A DNA stretch of 64,000 nt from Azolla caroliniana (taxonomy: Eukaryota; Plantae; Polypodiophyta), in the NCBI GenBank assembly GCA_043228905.1, contig JBHGNT010000012.1, forward strand, positions 15,128,001-15,192,000. Direction: 5' to 3'. The translations under genes and the position numbers were made by a program. Within the stretch, counting starts at the first letter, position 1. Each line of letters begins with the position of its first letter. The notes beneath the pieces were generated by a model. That model searched no databases. It was not told where the DNA came from and worked only from the letters and a program-made list of their open reading frames with translations. Below, piece after piece: positions 11,601 through 23,600 of the stretch.

Positions 11601-14030
11601 CCCTTCGAGCGACAGTACTCCTCGAACTGCCCCCGGTATTCCCCTCCGTTATCCGCTCGTATCGCTTTCAGCTTCTTGCCGGATTCCCTTTCCACTCTCG
11701 CGTGGAGTTCTTTGAAGACGCACAACACTTGGTCCTTTGTCTTTAACGGTGCCGTCCACAGCTTCCGGCTGTGGTCATCAATGAATGTCACGAAGTACTG
11801 GGCTCTGCCATGTGACTTCGTTTCTACTTGACACACGTCAGTGTGCACCAACTCCAATGGTGCGCTACGTCTCGTCGGTGGCCTTGAGTGGAAGGAGGTT
11901 CGGTTCTGCTTACCGGCCAGGCAATCGGTGCACTTCTCCAGGTGCACATGCTTCACTGGAATAAGGTTGTCTTCTGCAAGCCTCTTCATCCCCTTCTCAC
12001 TCATGTGGCACAGTCTCTTGTGCCACAGCTCACCGGCAGTGTCGGCTGCCACGTTCAACTCCTCCGGACACAACCAGGCATTCATAAGGTACAGTGTGTT
12101 GACTTTCCGGGCCCGAGCCACTATCAGGCTCCCCTTGCTGAACTTCATTACGCAATTCCGGATGCTACCTGTGTAGCCTTCATCGTCTAGCCTCCCGGCC
12201 GAAATCAGGTTCAATCGAACCTCCGGAACGTGTCAGACATCCTTCAGCAACATTTTGCATCCGGTCGAGGTTGTCAACCATATGTCTCCTATGCCGGCAA
12301 TCCGGCACGTACCTTCATTTCCCATCCGAACACAGCCATGCTCACCGACTGTGTAGGATGAGAAGTATCTTCTTTCCGGGGTCAGGTGGAACGACGCTCC
12401 GGAATCGACCACCCAGGTAGTCTCATCGCCGGCAATGTTTAGTTCACCTTCTTCGGTGATGAGCATGATCTCCTCTTCACTTGCCGCGAGTGCCGTCGTT
12501 CCTTTCCGGTCCTGCCCTCACCGATCCGAACCATTCCGGTCCGTGGCTCCCCGGTAAGCACCGTTCCGTTCCGAAGACTTCTTCAAATCGGTGTCGTCGG
12601 CTCCGTTGTCTTTTCGGTAATGCCGACAATTCTTTCGGAAGTGCCCCGGCTTCCCACAGTGGAAGCATGTGGGCCTTCCTCTTGACTGCGACCGGGTCCC
12701 CGACTTCTCCCATCTTTGCGGACTCCGGTTCCGTCGTCTTCCCCGATCCGATTCGGTAAGCAGCATCTTCGGATCGGAGGCCGGTTCTTTATCTCTCCGA
12801 CGCGCTTCTTCGTTCAAAATGCTTGTCTTTACCGTTTGTAGGGACAAGTTATCTTCGGTGCAGGAGGTGCTGAGAGTCACCACCAAGTTCTCCCAGCTTT
12901 CCGGCAATGTACACATCAGCATGATGGCTTGCATTGCATCCTCAAACGGGAACTTGATTGCCGCAAGCTGGTTCACGAATCCCATGAACGTGCTTACGTG
13001 TTCCACCATACTCTCGCCGTCCCGGTACTTGAGGTTCACTATCTTCCTCATCAGGGAGGTCCGGTTCAACGCATTCTTCCTCTCGTAGAGGCCCGACAGC
13101 TTCTGCCACATCTCATATACGTTGGTGTCGTTCGCCACATGTTGTAGAACGCTCACGTCGACGTATTGCCGAATGGTTGCAACGGCTTTCCGGTTCAGAA
13201 GCCTCCATTCCGTCTCAAGTACCCCCTTGGGTATTTCCGACCTGTCGATCGGTTCATACAGGTCCCGAACAATGAGCAGATCCTCCATCTTTATCTTCCA
13301 GTCGGCATAGTTCTGCGCATTCAGCACCATCATCCCCGGCTGCCCGCTGCTGCCGCCTTCCATTTTCTGCACTGCAGTCGCTCTGATACCAGATTGTTAG
13401 AAATTGACGCTTTCAAAACCTTCACCTCTCGGCCACAACCGAGGAAACACGAATCAATGCAGCAGTAAATCGAAAACACAGAGAGAGACTCGAACGCACA
13501 GGGTTTAGCGTGGAAAACCCTAGACGGGAAAAACCACGGGAGTGCAAGACTCCAACTATCACTATACGCAGGGAATGTACAATGGCGAGCTGCAAGGCGA
13601 CGACCTTGAGCTCGCTGTCCTCGCCACAGGCGGCGGTATTACACAGAGGCGTCGACCTCTTCCTTTCTCTCTCTCTCACTCTCTCTCTCGGCTGCTCTCA
13701 CTTCGCTCCCTCTAAGTGGAAAACAGAAAAATGAGCAACAACAACAAAACTGTTTGCCCTAAGTCATATTTATACACATATGACTTTCGGGCTATTTACA
13801 AATATAGCCTCGAGGGCCCTTGGCAAACATATTCACAAATATGTCCCCGCATCCGGATCTCTCTCTCCGGGTACATTCGTCATCCGGCTCCGTAGCCGGG
13901 GTCTTCATCATCCGGATCCGAAACCGGGTCTTCATCATCTGGTTCTGATACCGGGTACTCCTCATTCGGGTCTTCATTCCCGATTCCCGGACATCTGACC
14001 ATCCCATCCGGAGGGACCGTAATCCCAACA
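8644..14030 (-). mobile_element. Copia-A: full-length Ty1/Copia (Tnt1/Tork-like) element
   Basis: 636-bp LTRs 8644-9279 and 13395-14030 (about 5 differences), TSD CATGC, PBS TGGTATCAGAGC 13380-13391, PPT AGGGGGAG at 9282-9289. Confidence 0.97.
9290..13372 (-). pseudogene. Copia-A gag-pol (gag-PR-INT-RT-RH), single frame with nonsense codons
   Basis: ORFs 12518-13372, 12233-12466, 10841-12214 and 9458-10801 share one frame. Motifs CFHCGKPGH, WVVDSGAS, YVDD, YCDSQS. Confidence 0.95.
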
Positions 14031-15737
14031 CATGCTAGAATCCAAATCCAAAAATCGGGTCTAGAAGGGGACAACTGGTTAATAGCTTGTTTTGTCAATG
14101 GCATCCCCAATTCGGACTATCACTGGATAGTGCACGATAAGGATCCAAAATCCTTCGAAGAGGCCGTTGAAATAGTTCTTCGCTATCAACACACTTCGAA
14201 GAAGGACCACAATAAACCCAACGAAGCACCCGGGACTAAGCAGTCGCAATTTACTGGGAAACGCAAGAGACCCAACGAATTCATGGATCGCGATTGTAAG
14301 CGACAACATCCTTTTTGCATATTCTGCAAAAAGAAGGGTCATACAAAAGATCAATGTCGAAAGCTCCAACAGAAAGAGCACGACAACAAAACTAAAGTTG
14401 TAGACCATAAAGGTCAGATTCCTAATGTCCTTCAAGTCTATACACATCATTTAAGTAATTTTCAATGTTTTTTCCCTAACTATCTATTGGGTCCCAATGA
14501 TTTACTACGTGCAAACGGGTATATCAATGGATCTCCCGTAAAATTTTTATTTGATTCGGGAAGCTCACACAATTTTGTGAATGATCGTTTGGTTCAAATA
14601 TGGGGAATCCAACCCACCATAAGTGATCAAACCTACACGGTGCACTTGGCTGATGAAAGAGTACAATACATCAATGGGACGATTCATTCATTCGGAATTT
14701 CTATTGATACTTATATAGAGGAAGTAGACTTCCATGTAATGAATCTTCGTACCATGGATGTAATATTGGGTTATCCCTGGTTTTATAATAAAAACTCTTC
14801 TTTATCTATCGATTGGGTTCATCATTCCATTTCCTTTGTACTGAACGATTGTACTCATTTTATTCAATGTGTAAAAAAAACAATCCCTCTCGATTGTTTC
14901 CTCGTGTCCATCAATATCCGAGTTGTCTTGTTCTACTCTATTTTATTGCGTACTTGATCCGGACATTCACGTTTACAATATCGATAATGTCTCGGTTCAA
15001 TTAACATATTTTGAACAACAACAACTTGATGAAATCTTAAATGATTTTCGTGATGTTTTCCGAGTGAACTACTAGATGGGTTACCTGCTAACCGTAATAT
15101 AGACCATCGTATAGATATTGTACCTGGTGTTGCACCAATAAGTATACCTCCTTATCGCTTAAGTCGATCTGAAGAGGATGAGGTATCTAAGCAACTCAAG
15201 GACTATTTACGAATGGGTTATATACGTTATAGTAAATTTCCATGGGGTGCACCAGTTCTCTTGGTTAAAAAGAAAGAGGGCACATGGCGTATGTGTATTA
15301 ATTATCGACGCTTGAATAAAGTGACGATCAAGAATTCGTATCCATTGCCGCGGGCTGACGATCTAATTGACCGTCTCCAGGGAGCTCGGTATTTTACGAA
15401 ACTTGATCTCCGTATTGACTACCATCAAATTCGTATAAGTGAGGACGATGTTCCTAAAACGACATTTTGTACACGCTATGGCCATTATGAGTTTTTGGTT
15501 ATGCCTTTTGGTTTGACCAATGCTCCGACTACATTTCAACAAGAAATGAATGATATTTTCCGAGAACAACTTGGAAAATTTGTCATTATTTTCTTGGATG
15601 ATATTTTAGTTTATAGTCGTACATTACAAGAACATGCTAAACATGTCCGGTTTGTTTTACAAACATTGCGTGACAAACAGTTTTATGCGAAGATCTCAAA
15701 ATGTGAGTTCTTGAAGAAATCAATTACTTATCATGAT

Positions 15738-16820
15738 GTACTTCGCAACTCATCATGATGTATATTAACATCAATTGGGGCTCATGGCTGAAAACCATAC
15801 ATCAACATAAAAGGACTATATCATGTCGACGTATGCTTGGAGCTGTTATAAGCAAACTCCAAATTTGGGAGATAACGTTCCCATTTTGTTGGTTTTATAC
15901 CAACATATGCTTGAAGCATGTCCTCAATAATTTGATTTACTCGTTCTGTTTGTCCATCGAATTGAGGATGATCCGTGGAGCTCATGCTCAACGTAGTTTC
16001 TAACTTCTTAAAGACTTGCGTCCAGAAGTCACTAGTAAATTTTTGATCTCGATCACTCATGATATCCATCGGTAACCCATAAAAACGAAATAACTCGTCC
16101 ACGAATTGGTAAGCCAATTCAGGAGCTGTTACCGTGGTTTTAGTAGCAATAAATCTGGCCATTTTAGTTAGTCGATCAACCACAACCCAGATGGCATCAT
16201 GGCCTTTTTGGGTGTGAGGAAGGCTAACAATAAAATCCATGGATATACTTTCCCACTTATTATTGGGAATGTCCAAGGAATGTAAAAGTCCTGCGGCTTT
16301 AAGTCGCTTGGCTTTGTTAACCTGACATTCGTGACATTTAGTCACATAGCTATGTATGTCAGGACGCATCATAGGCCAATAAAATTGAGTGGAGATGAGA
16401 ACGAGCGTACGATGTATTCAAGGGTTCCCTGTTGGGGGTGCATCCTACCATTAAAAATGAATCCTCTTTTTTACCTCGGGTAAATTTGGAACACAAACCT
16501 TCCCATTACGGTAGAGCAGACCGTTAGCAATGTGGAAGTATTCCTTCGAGGATGTGGTGGTGTCTGTTCCAGACTCAACTCTTGCCCAGTATTTTAACTG
16601 TCATCAGGATACTTTCCTCGAAGGTGATCATAAAGATCTGATGATATTTCAGTGAGGTTAAGCGTGTTAACTTCACGGATGCGACTTAGTGCATCACCGA
16701 CAGTGTTCATGGAACCTTTACGATATCGTATAGAAAAATCAAAGTCTTGGATGAGATCAACCCATCGTGCCTTACGACTTTTCAAGTCTTGTTGGTCACA
16801 AAAATATTTCAAGGACTCGT
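15738..16820 (-). mobile_element. Inverted RNaseH-integrase fragment of the Gypsy-2 family
   Basis: ORFs 16594-16812 (RH) and 15821-16372 (INT: WESISMDFIV, HPQFDGQTER), opposite in strand to the adjacent RT. Confidence 0.85.
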
Positions 16821-17125
16821 GGTCCGTGGTCCTTATCGTGCACTATCCAGTGATAGTCCGAATTGGGGATGCCATTGACAAAACAAGCTATTAACCAGTT
16901 GTCCTCTTCTAGACCCGATTTTTGGATTTGGGTTCTAGCATGGTGGACATAGTCTTCTAGCGAGGAAAACTTCTTGCTAGAGAGGTTCATTAAAGCTTGT
17001 GCTGCCTCGGTTCGAGAGGGAGGTTGTAGAAATTGGCCATTGACAACTGTGACAAAATCTGTCCAGGTATCGGGCAATTTCCCCAAAATACGGAGCCCAC
17101 GCCACCAAGCCGTGACCTTACACCC
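16821..17125 (-). mobile_element. Inverted second copy of the Gypsy-2 gag segment lacking the Copia-A insertion
   Basis: Reverse complement matches ~8460-8643 joined to 14036-14150, with a single CATGC. Confidence 0.9.
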
Positions 17126-17676
17126 CAAAGTGCACTGTTACAGTTCCATAAAATCATCCTAAGTTTATTGTCTGTCACATGGGCCACACGCCGTCAATTG
17201 GCTATGTTATTCTCTTAGCCGGACAAGGCCTAACACAAGGTGTCACGGAAACACTTCACCAAAGGGTGATTACGGCATAGAATTAAGATTCAACGATTAC
17301 ACCGACTTACGTAGGTTACACGATTAGATTGCTTTGGTTAATTACACGCGTAAGATACAACAGTGATTACAGAACGGAAATCAAGACAGAAGTATAAACA
17401 ACATAAGCTCTACTAATTATCCGCTGTCATTCCAATAGGGTCCGGGCCTTTAAATAGGTTTCCGGCCCATAGTACAAAATGGTGCCTCTCGCACCTATTC
17501 GGGATCCGTCCGGATCTGGAACGGCATACCGTTTCCAGTCCGTCCGTCCACACTATGCTCCTTTACAACCATATCTAATTAATTCCTTCACTCCATATTT
17601 TGGACTCCTTGCCGGCCGGTAACACATGGCACGCCCGTGGGACAGTACCTTGTACGTCGAACCCTTCTCGGCCCCT

Positions 17677-20592
17677 TCATTGTTCACCCAAATTGTCCAA
17701 ATTACTTTGTTCAAGAATTTCCGCTTGTTCTTCCGGTTGTGGTTGTTGCGGCTGTGCTTGCTGCTGCTGTGGTTGTGGTTGGGACTGAGGTTGCTCCGGC
17801 TGCTCTGCTTGCTGCTGCTGCTCCGTTTGTTTCTCTGGCTCCGGCATCTCCGTTTGACTGCTTCCGGTCCGGTCTCCTTCCAGTAACGGTTCCTCATCAC
17901 TGAGGTTGACCGTAACTGGTTCTCGTTCTTTCTCTCCCCGGATCCGGGACCTCTCGTAGCTTTCAAACTGGATCTGCGCCTCCAGCCTGTCGTCGTCCAG
18001 CTGAGCTACAAGTTGCCGGACTTGCTCTAGTTGGTCCTCTGCCAAGTCTTGAAAGTCTTCGGCAAGCTCATCCCTTATGCCGGTGAAGTCTTCGGAAGTC
18101 AGCATATAGCAATCATCTCCCTCCTTCCGCCGGTTCTCTACGTCGGCCCGGAGCAATTGGAGTTCTGCCGCGTTCGTGGCCCACTTGGTCCACCATTTGA
18201 CGGAACCGTTGTCAATCAAGCTCTTGGTCTGGTTCAACCAGGCCCGCATTATATCTTGGATGCGACTTGCTCCCATTTGAGCTCTGCTTTCCACCACTTG
18301 TCGCTCCTCCTTCAACTGCTTGATGAGGTTTGCCGTATCCTCCGCCTGCTCTCTGTAGCGCGTCAGCTGCCCTTGATATGTCGTTTGCAGCCTCTGCAGT
18401 ACCTCCGCCGCTCTTTCTTTTTTCGCCTGCTGTTGCCTGAGGAGCTCTGTCCGAACCTGCTCCGCCTCTTCCAACCGTCTTCTGTTTTCCGCTTGTTCCT
18501 TGGCGAATGCGGTTGCGGTCCGATCAACTGCTTGCCGGAGCTCATCCGTCCGTTCCTTGTGCTCCGTTTGCAACCGTTTATACTCCCGGTGCAATTGCTC
18601 AAATTCCTCCGTTTTTTGTTTGAGCTTGCCGTTGATCTGGCGATGGTTCCGGTCCTCCCGGTCCTTTACCTGCCGGAGTTCCTCTTTCAGGCGCTCTACT
18701 TCTGTTTCGGCGTTCCTCCGGAGCTTGTCCTTCTCTTGCAGCATTTTCTCCTTTTCCTCTTTGAGCCGGTCGTACGCTTGGTGGCCTTTCCGTAAGCTCT
18801 CCTCGGCCCGACGTAGATTCTCAGCAGTCTTTTTGAGTTCTGCCTCCGCTGCCGTCTTCAACTCTCTTTCGCGGCTCCTCAGCGCTTCTTGGGCAGCAAG
18901 CTCATCCTTTAAATCCGCAAGCTCTTGGGCTTGTGCCGCATTTCTCTCCGGAACGGTTTCCGTTGCCGGGGTCTGATTGCTATGTACAGGTTGATCTGTC
19001 GCTTTATTCTGTACATTGCCCGGAGTCACCGGTGCTTGGACTTGTGTTGTCAAAGCCACTTGCGCCATTTTCCTTGTGACCCTGTCCAAGTCTTGTTCAA
19101 GGCTCCGGATTCTGGACCGGGCCGTCTCTAGATCTACGGTTGTGACGAGCAACCGTTCCTGGTGCGCTCTCTCTTCCGCCTCTATATACTCGACCACTCC
19201 GGCGATTTGCTCGCCTACCCACCGTAGCCACATGCTACTGGTGCCCTGTTGCTGTACTGGTCGGGTCGGCTCATTCACCGTGGAATTGTCTGGCCTGATT
19301 GCCTGTATATGCCGTTCTGGTTCTACTCCTTGGCCGCCGTGTGCTCTGGCTGGGCTCGCCGGCTGTTTCGACAAGACCGGTTCCCTACGGACCGGTTCCG
19401 GTTCTTCCCTTGTGGTTTGCTCAGGTTGAGTTGGGGGCGTTTCTGCCTCTCGCGGGTACGACCGCTCCCCTCCTGTCTCGGCGGTCCTACTTCTTGACCG
19501 TCGTTGGAGGTGCTCTTCTGGCTCCTCCGTTTCCTCTTCCTGTGTCACGGCATGTTTCTGTGCCGTCAAGGGTTCCGGTTCCTTCTGTCCCGGTCTCCGT
19601 AAGGTTATCTTGACGGGTCGGACCGGTGACACCTCCTCCGGTTCTGGGGCCCGTTTCTTCCCTTTCGTCGCCTTCGACGCCAGCAGCTGCTGTCGTTTGG
19701 ACGCCGGCTTCGAGGTGCTTCCTTCCGATACTCTTGGCCGCTTCTTTGGCTGGACGGTCTCGACCGGCGGCACGAGCAATGTTATCCATTGAGCTACGGC
19801 GTGCCACAGCTTCTGGCCCTCCTTGCCGTCCTTCCCTCGTACCATGTCGATTGCCATGCACAACCCGTCTGCAATCAACACCGGCCAGTCCACCTTGACC
19901 CCTTCATAGGTGGCTGTGATCATGCCTGCCCGATTTTTTGGCATGACAGGGGGTCGGGGGTACACGTGACCGTACTCATGGAGCACTCGAGCTATCTCCC
20001 TGAATAGCGGATCTTCGCCGCCCTGCGTCCGATAGCCTTTGCCGGCAACAGAGTACTCCCCGAAATATCGGGTGAGTTGCTCCGAGGTTGGGTTATCGAT
20101 CTGAAAGATTCCTCCCTCCGGAAGTCCTGTTAGCGCGCGGATCGCTTCCTCGGTGATGACCTCTGTGGCGAGCTCCTTGATGACCCGGTCGGCTTCTCTG
20201 TGCGGCGGTGCCTCCATGATGGCCAAGAACCCCTCCAGTCCGTTTTGCCTGAACCATTTCCTGGCCGCTTCCGACAGCGTTTGTGGTTCCATGTCTGCTT
20301 CAAGGTCGAGGGAAGATGGCGAGGCAGAGTGGTGATGAGAGTGAGAGCGAGAGAGAGAGCGTTCTGAGCGCGGGGGTTCTCTGCGTGCAGGTTCGCGTTT
20401 GCTCAGCTTCCACTGTCTTGGTGCCTCTGTGCTTCTTGGCTCGCGAAATGAAAAGGTCTCCATGCGTTCTGCTTCTTCTTTGTGCGTTTTGGCGCCTTTT
20501 TCGAGCATGCACACGTCGTGTACTAATTTAGTATTAAGTAGCGTGGCGTCTCTTAAATGCCCACTACGTACCTTTTCGCGCCTTGCTTTCAC
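17677..20592 (-). CDS. Gypsy-3 extra 3' (env-position) ORF: globular N-domain, long coiled coil and Q/P tail
   Basis: 971-codon open frame between pol and the 3' LTR, same sense as pol. Likely start ATG at 20292 (MEPQTL). Confidence 0.8.
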   Translation of the reverse strand: MKARREKVRSGHLRDATLLNTKLVHDVCMLEKGAKTHKEEAERMETFSFREPRSTEAPRQWKLSKREPARREPPRSERSLSRSHSHHHSASPSSLDLEADMEPQTLSEAARKWFRQNGLEGFLAIMEAPPHREADRVIKELATEVITEEAIRALTGLPEGGIFQIDNPTSEQLTRYFGEYSVAGKGYRTQGGEDPLFREIARVLHEYGHVYPRPPVMPKNRAGMITATYEGVKVDWPVLIADGLCMAIDMVRGKDGKEGQKLWHAVAQWITLLVPPVETVQPKKRPRVSEGSTSKPASKRQQLLASKATKGKKRAPEPEEVSPVRPVKITLRRPGQKEPEPLTAQKHAVTQEEETEEPEEHLQRRSRSRTAETGGERSYPREAETPPTQPEQTTREEPEPVRREPVLSKQPASPARAHGGQGVEPERHIQAIRPDNSTVNEPTRPVQQQGTSSMWLRWVGEQIAGVVEYIEAEERAHQERLLVTTVDLETARSRIRSLEQDLDRVTRKMAQVALTTQVQAPVTPGNVQNKATDQPVHSNQTPATETVPERNAAQAQELADLKDELAAQEALRSRERELKTAAEAELKKTAENLRRAEESLRKGHQAYDRLKEEKEKMLQEKDKLRRNAETEVERLKEELRQVKDREDRNHRQINGKLKQKTEEFEQLHREYKRLQTEHKERTDELRQAVDRTATAFAKEQAENRRRLEEAEQVRTELLRQQQAKKERAAEVLQRLQTTYQGQLTRYREQAEDTANLIKQLKEERQVVESRAQMGASRIQDIMRAWLNQTKSLIDNGSVKWWTKWATNAAELQLLRADVENRRKEGDDCYMLTSEDFTGIRDELAEDFQDLAEDQLEQVRQLVAQLDDDRLEAQIQFESYERSRIRGEKEREPVTVNLSDEEPLLEGDRTGSSQTEMPEPEKQTEQQQQAEQPEQPQSQPQPQQQQAQPQQPQPEEQAEILEQSNLDNLGEQ

Positions 20593-20678
20593 ACCCGTTC
20601 ATACCTCGATTTTTAATGATTTTTTTTTTTTTTTATTTATTTATTTTAATTTTAACTTTTTAAGGACGGTGTGTGACC

Positions 20679-23600
20679 TTACACATCCGTAAGTCCCTTC
20701 GGACCCTGACCGTTTTCCTCACGGGTTGCCGTGTCTCCCTTCGTCTCTACTACGGGTTCCCCGTCGTCTTTTTCTTCCGGATCGATCCGTACCGATCCCG
20801 GACAGGTTCCTGGTGTAGTGCCGGTGAGCTGCATAAACGGGTTCTTTGGCATCGGTCCTTTATAGGGCTTTAGTCGAAATCCATTCACCCACTTGCCTAG
20901 TACTTCCCCGGCAAGTGTCCCTATCTGATAAGACCCGTTGTATTCCCTTGTCAGCCAATACGGGCCTGTCCATCTGAACCGGAGTTTACCCGGCATCTTG
21001 CCCATCCTCGTTTGGAATACTAGCACCGGCTTTCCGATTTCGAACATCTTCTCATTACCTTTCCGGTGACGGTCAACGAACGCTTTCCGTCGTCGTTGCT
21101 CCAGTTCCATGTGTAGGATGCTGGCCAGCCGTTGCTCCTCCAGTTCGCATAGTGCTGCTAGCCGTATTTCCTCCGACTTCTTTTCATTCAGCCGTTCCCG
21201 TAGTTGGATCCGTAAGCTTGGTACCTGAAACTCGACCGGCATGACCGCTTCTAAGCCGAATGCTAACCGGAACGGCGTTGTCCGGATACTCGTTTTGTAT
21301 GCCGTTCTGTACGCCCATAGCGCACTATGGAGCTTTGTGTCCCAGTCCGTCCGGTTTTCATTGACAATTTTGCGGAGAATGTTCTGCAGCGTTTTGTTGG
21401 TGGACTCTGCTAACCCGTTCGCCTGTGGGTAATACGGTGTGCTTCTTTTATGGACCACGGCATAGAACGTTGTTAAGCTTTCCACTACCTGGCCGAGGAA
21501 GTGGCCTCCTTGGTCGCTGATTAATTCAATCGGACATCCATATCGGCACCAAATGTTTTCGTACAGGAATTTTGCTGTGGATGACGCGGTGTTGTCTCTC
21601 AGGGCCTTAGCTTCCACCCATTTCGTGCAATAATCCGTTGCCACGATGACATAACGATTACCTGTTCTCATTGCCGGTGGCTTGAACGGTCCGACAAAAT
21701 CCAACCCCCACTTCTGGAATGGCTCTAGTGGAAGTACCGGTTGGTGTGGCATCCGTGCTTGCTCCGTAGGCTGGCCCATTCGTTGGCATAGGTCACATTC
21801 CTTAGCATACTTGACGGCATCTTTTAGCGTCGTGGGCCACCATAAACCGCTCTGCCATACCTTTCTTGCCGTTGCTTCCCCGGCATAGTGTCCTCCGGCA
21901 ACCCCACAGTGTGCTTCCCGTAAGATTACTTCTTTCTCGTCACTACGGACTGCCCGTCTCCATATTCCATCTGCTCCTTTGTGGTAGACAGTGTCCCGTA
22001 ACAGACAGAAATTGCGGCTCTGCACCGCCAATCGTTTCCTCTCGTCCCGGTTCATTTCTTCCGGTGGCAGGCCCGTGCTTAGGAACTGGTGCATGTTTGT
22101 CAGCCATTTATCTTCTGATGCCACCGTGTCGTCCGCTGCCGTTTCCGGGGTGATACGGAATAACTCCGCGTTCGGGAATTCATCCGCTACTCCGTCGCCT
22201 GGTTCTCCGGACTCTAACCGGCTCAGGTAGTCTGCTACGGCATGCTGGATACCGGGCCGGTGGAAAATCTCGAATTCGAACTCCTGCAACAGTAAGGTCC
22301 AACGGGCCAACTTACCGGTCAGGGACGCCTTGGAAACTAAGTAGAGGAGCGCCGAGTGATCCACATGGAAGGAGAACTTCCTTCCCAATAGGTAGTGACG
22401 AAACTTTGTTACACTGTAGATCATGCCCAGAGCCTCCCGTTCCGTCGTTGAATAGTTCTTCTCCGCTTGGGACAGCTTCCGGCTGGCGTAATATACCGGC
22501 CGGTACCATTTAGGCTCCGTAAGTTGCATTAAGGCGCTGCCAATAGCGATGTCGGAAGCGTCCACGAACACATGAAATTCCTTGCTCCAATCCGGAGGCT
22601 GCACGACGGGTGCTTGCGATAAAAGTACCTTCAGGGCATTGTATGCCTTATCCTCCGTATCCGTCCATTGGAACGGTGTCCGATGTACCGCGGTGTGCAA
22701 TGGTGTCGCCAAGTCCGCCAAGTGACGGAGCATCCGGCTGTGCCACCGGATTTGTCCTAAGAATCGGCTTAGTGCTTTGGCCGTTTTCGGCGCCGGTGCC
22801 CCTAGTATGGCGTTTACTTTGTCCGGGTCGACCGCAATGCCCTCCTTACTTACAATGTGTCCCAGCAATATTCCACTTGAAACCCCAAAGATGCATTTTG
22901 CTGGGTTTAAGCTTAGCCGGTATAACCTACACTTTTCAAGGCATAACCGTAGGTGCTGCAAATGGTCTTTTCCCCGGCTATAAACTGCAAAATCATCCAG
23001 GAAAACTTGCATGAAGGCAGGAATGTATTCGCCGAAGATCTCCATGATGATTCGCTGGAACGTTGCTGGTGCCGTTTTTAGGCCGAACATCATGACTTCG
23101 GCCACAAACACCCCCCATTCGGTGACGAACGCTGTCTTCTCCTGGTCGTCCGGGTGCATCCGGATTTGATTGTACCCGCTGAACCCGTCTAAAAAGCTAT
23201 AAACTTCATGACCGGCGACGGCATCCAGTACTCCGTCCGTGAAAGGAAGAGGGAATGCATCCGTAATTGTGGCGGCATTTAGTTTCCTGTAATCTACACA
23301 CACACGGATTTTACCGTTCTTCTTGGGAACGACGACGATGGGGCTCAGCCACGTCGCTTTCTTTACCGGCCGGATGAAGCCCACTCTTAGGAGTTTGTCG
23401 ATTTCCTCCTTCACTTTGGCGGCGTAGTTGGGGTTCATTCGGTAACGTCGTTGCGCCACTGGTTTCGCGTCCTTGCCTAGGTGGATCTGATGCTGATATA
23501 ATTGAGGGTCCAGCCCTCGCATGTCTTCGTATGACCAGGCGAATACGTCGCGAAACTCCGTGAGAAGTTTGATCATCGCCGCTTTATCTTCCGGCTTCAT

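Larger units (their letters stand above)
6011..15737 (+). mobile_element. Gypsy-2: AT-rich Ty3/Gypsy (chromovirus-like RT) with partial 5' LTR, long leader and gag-pro-RT; split by Copia-A and truncated by an inversion
   Basis: LTR part 6011-~6408, PBS TGGTATCAGAGCC 6411-6423, gag 7997-8643 continuing at 14031 (CIFCKKKGHTKDQC, protease LFDSGSSHNF), RT 15213-15737 (FLDD). Confidence 0.85.

Noticed and set aside
18031-18795. Long antisense ORFs in GC-rich elements (also 4433-5161, 23521-24096 and similar)
   Set aside because: Shadow frames of the real coding strand with no independent motifs.
17677-20592. True envelope glycoprotein or captured SMC/myosin host gene
   Set aside because: No signal peptide or transmembrane segment, no introns; coiled-coil similarity alone is non-specific.
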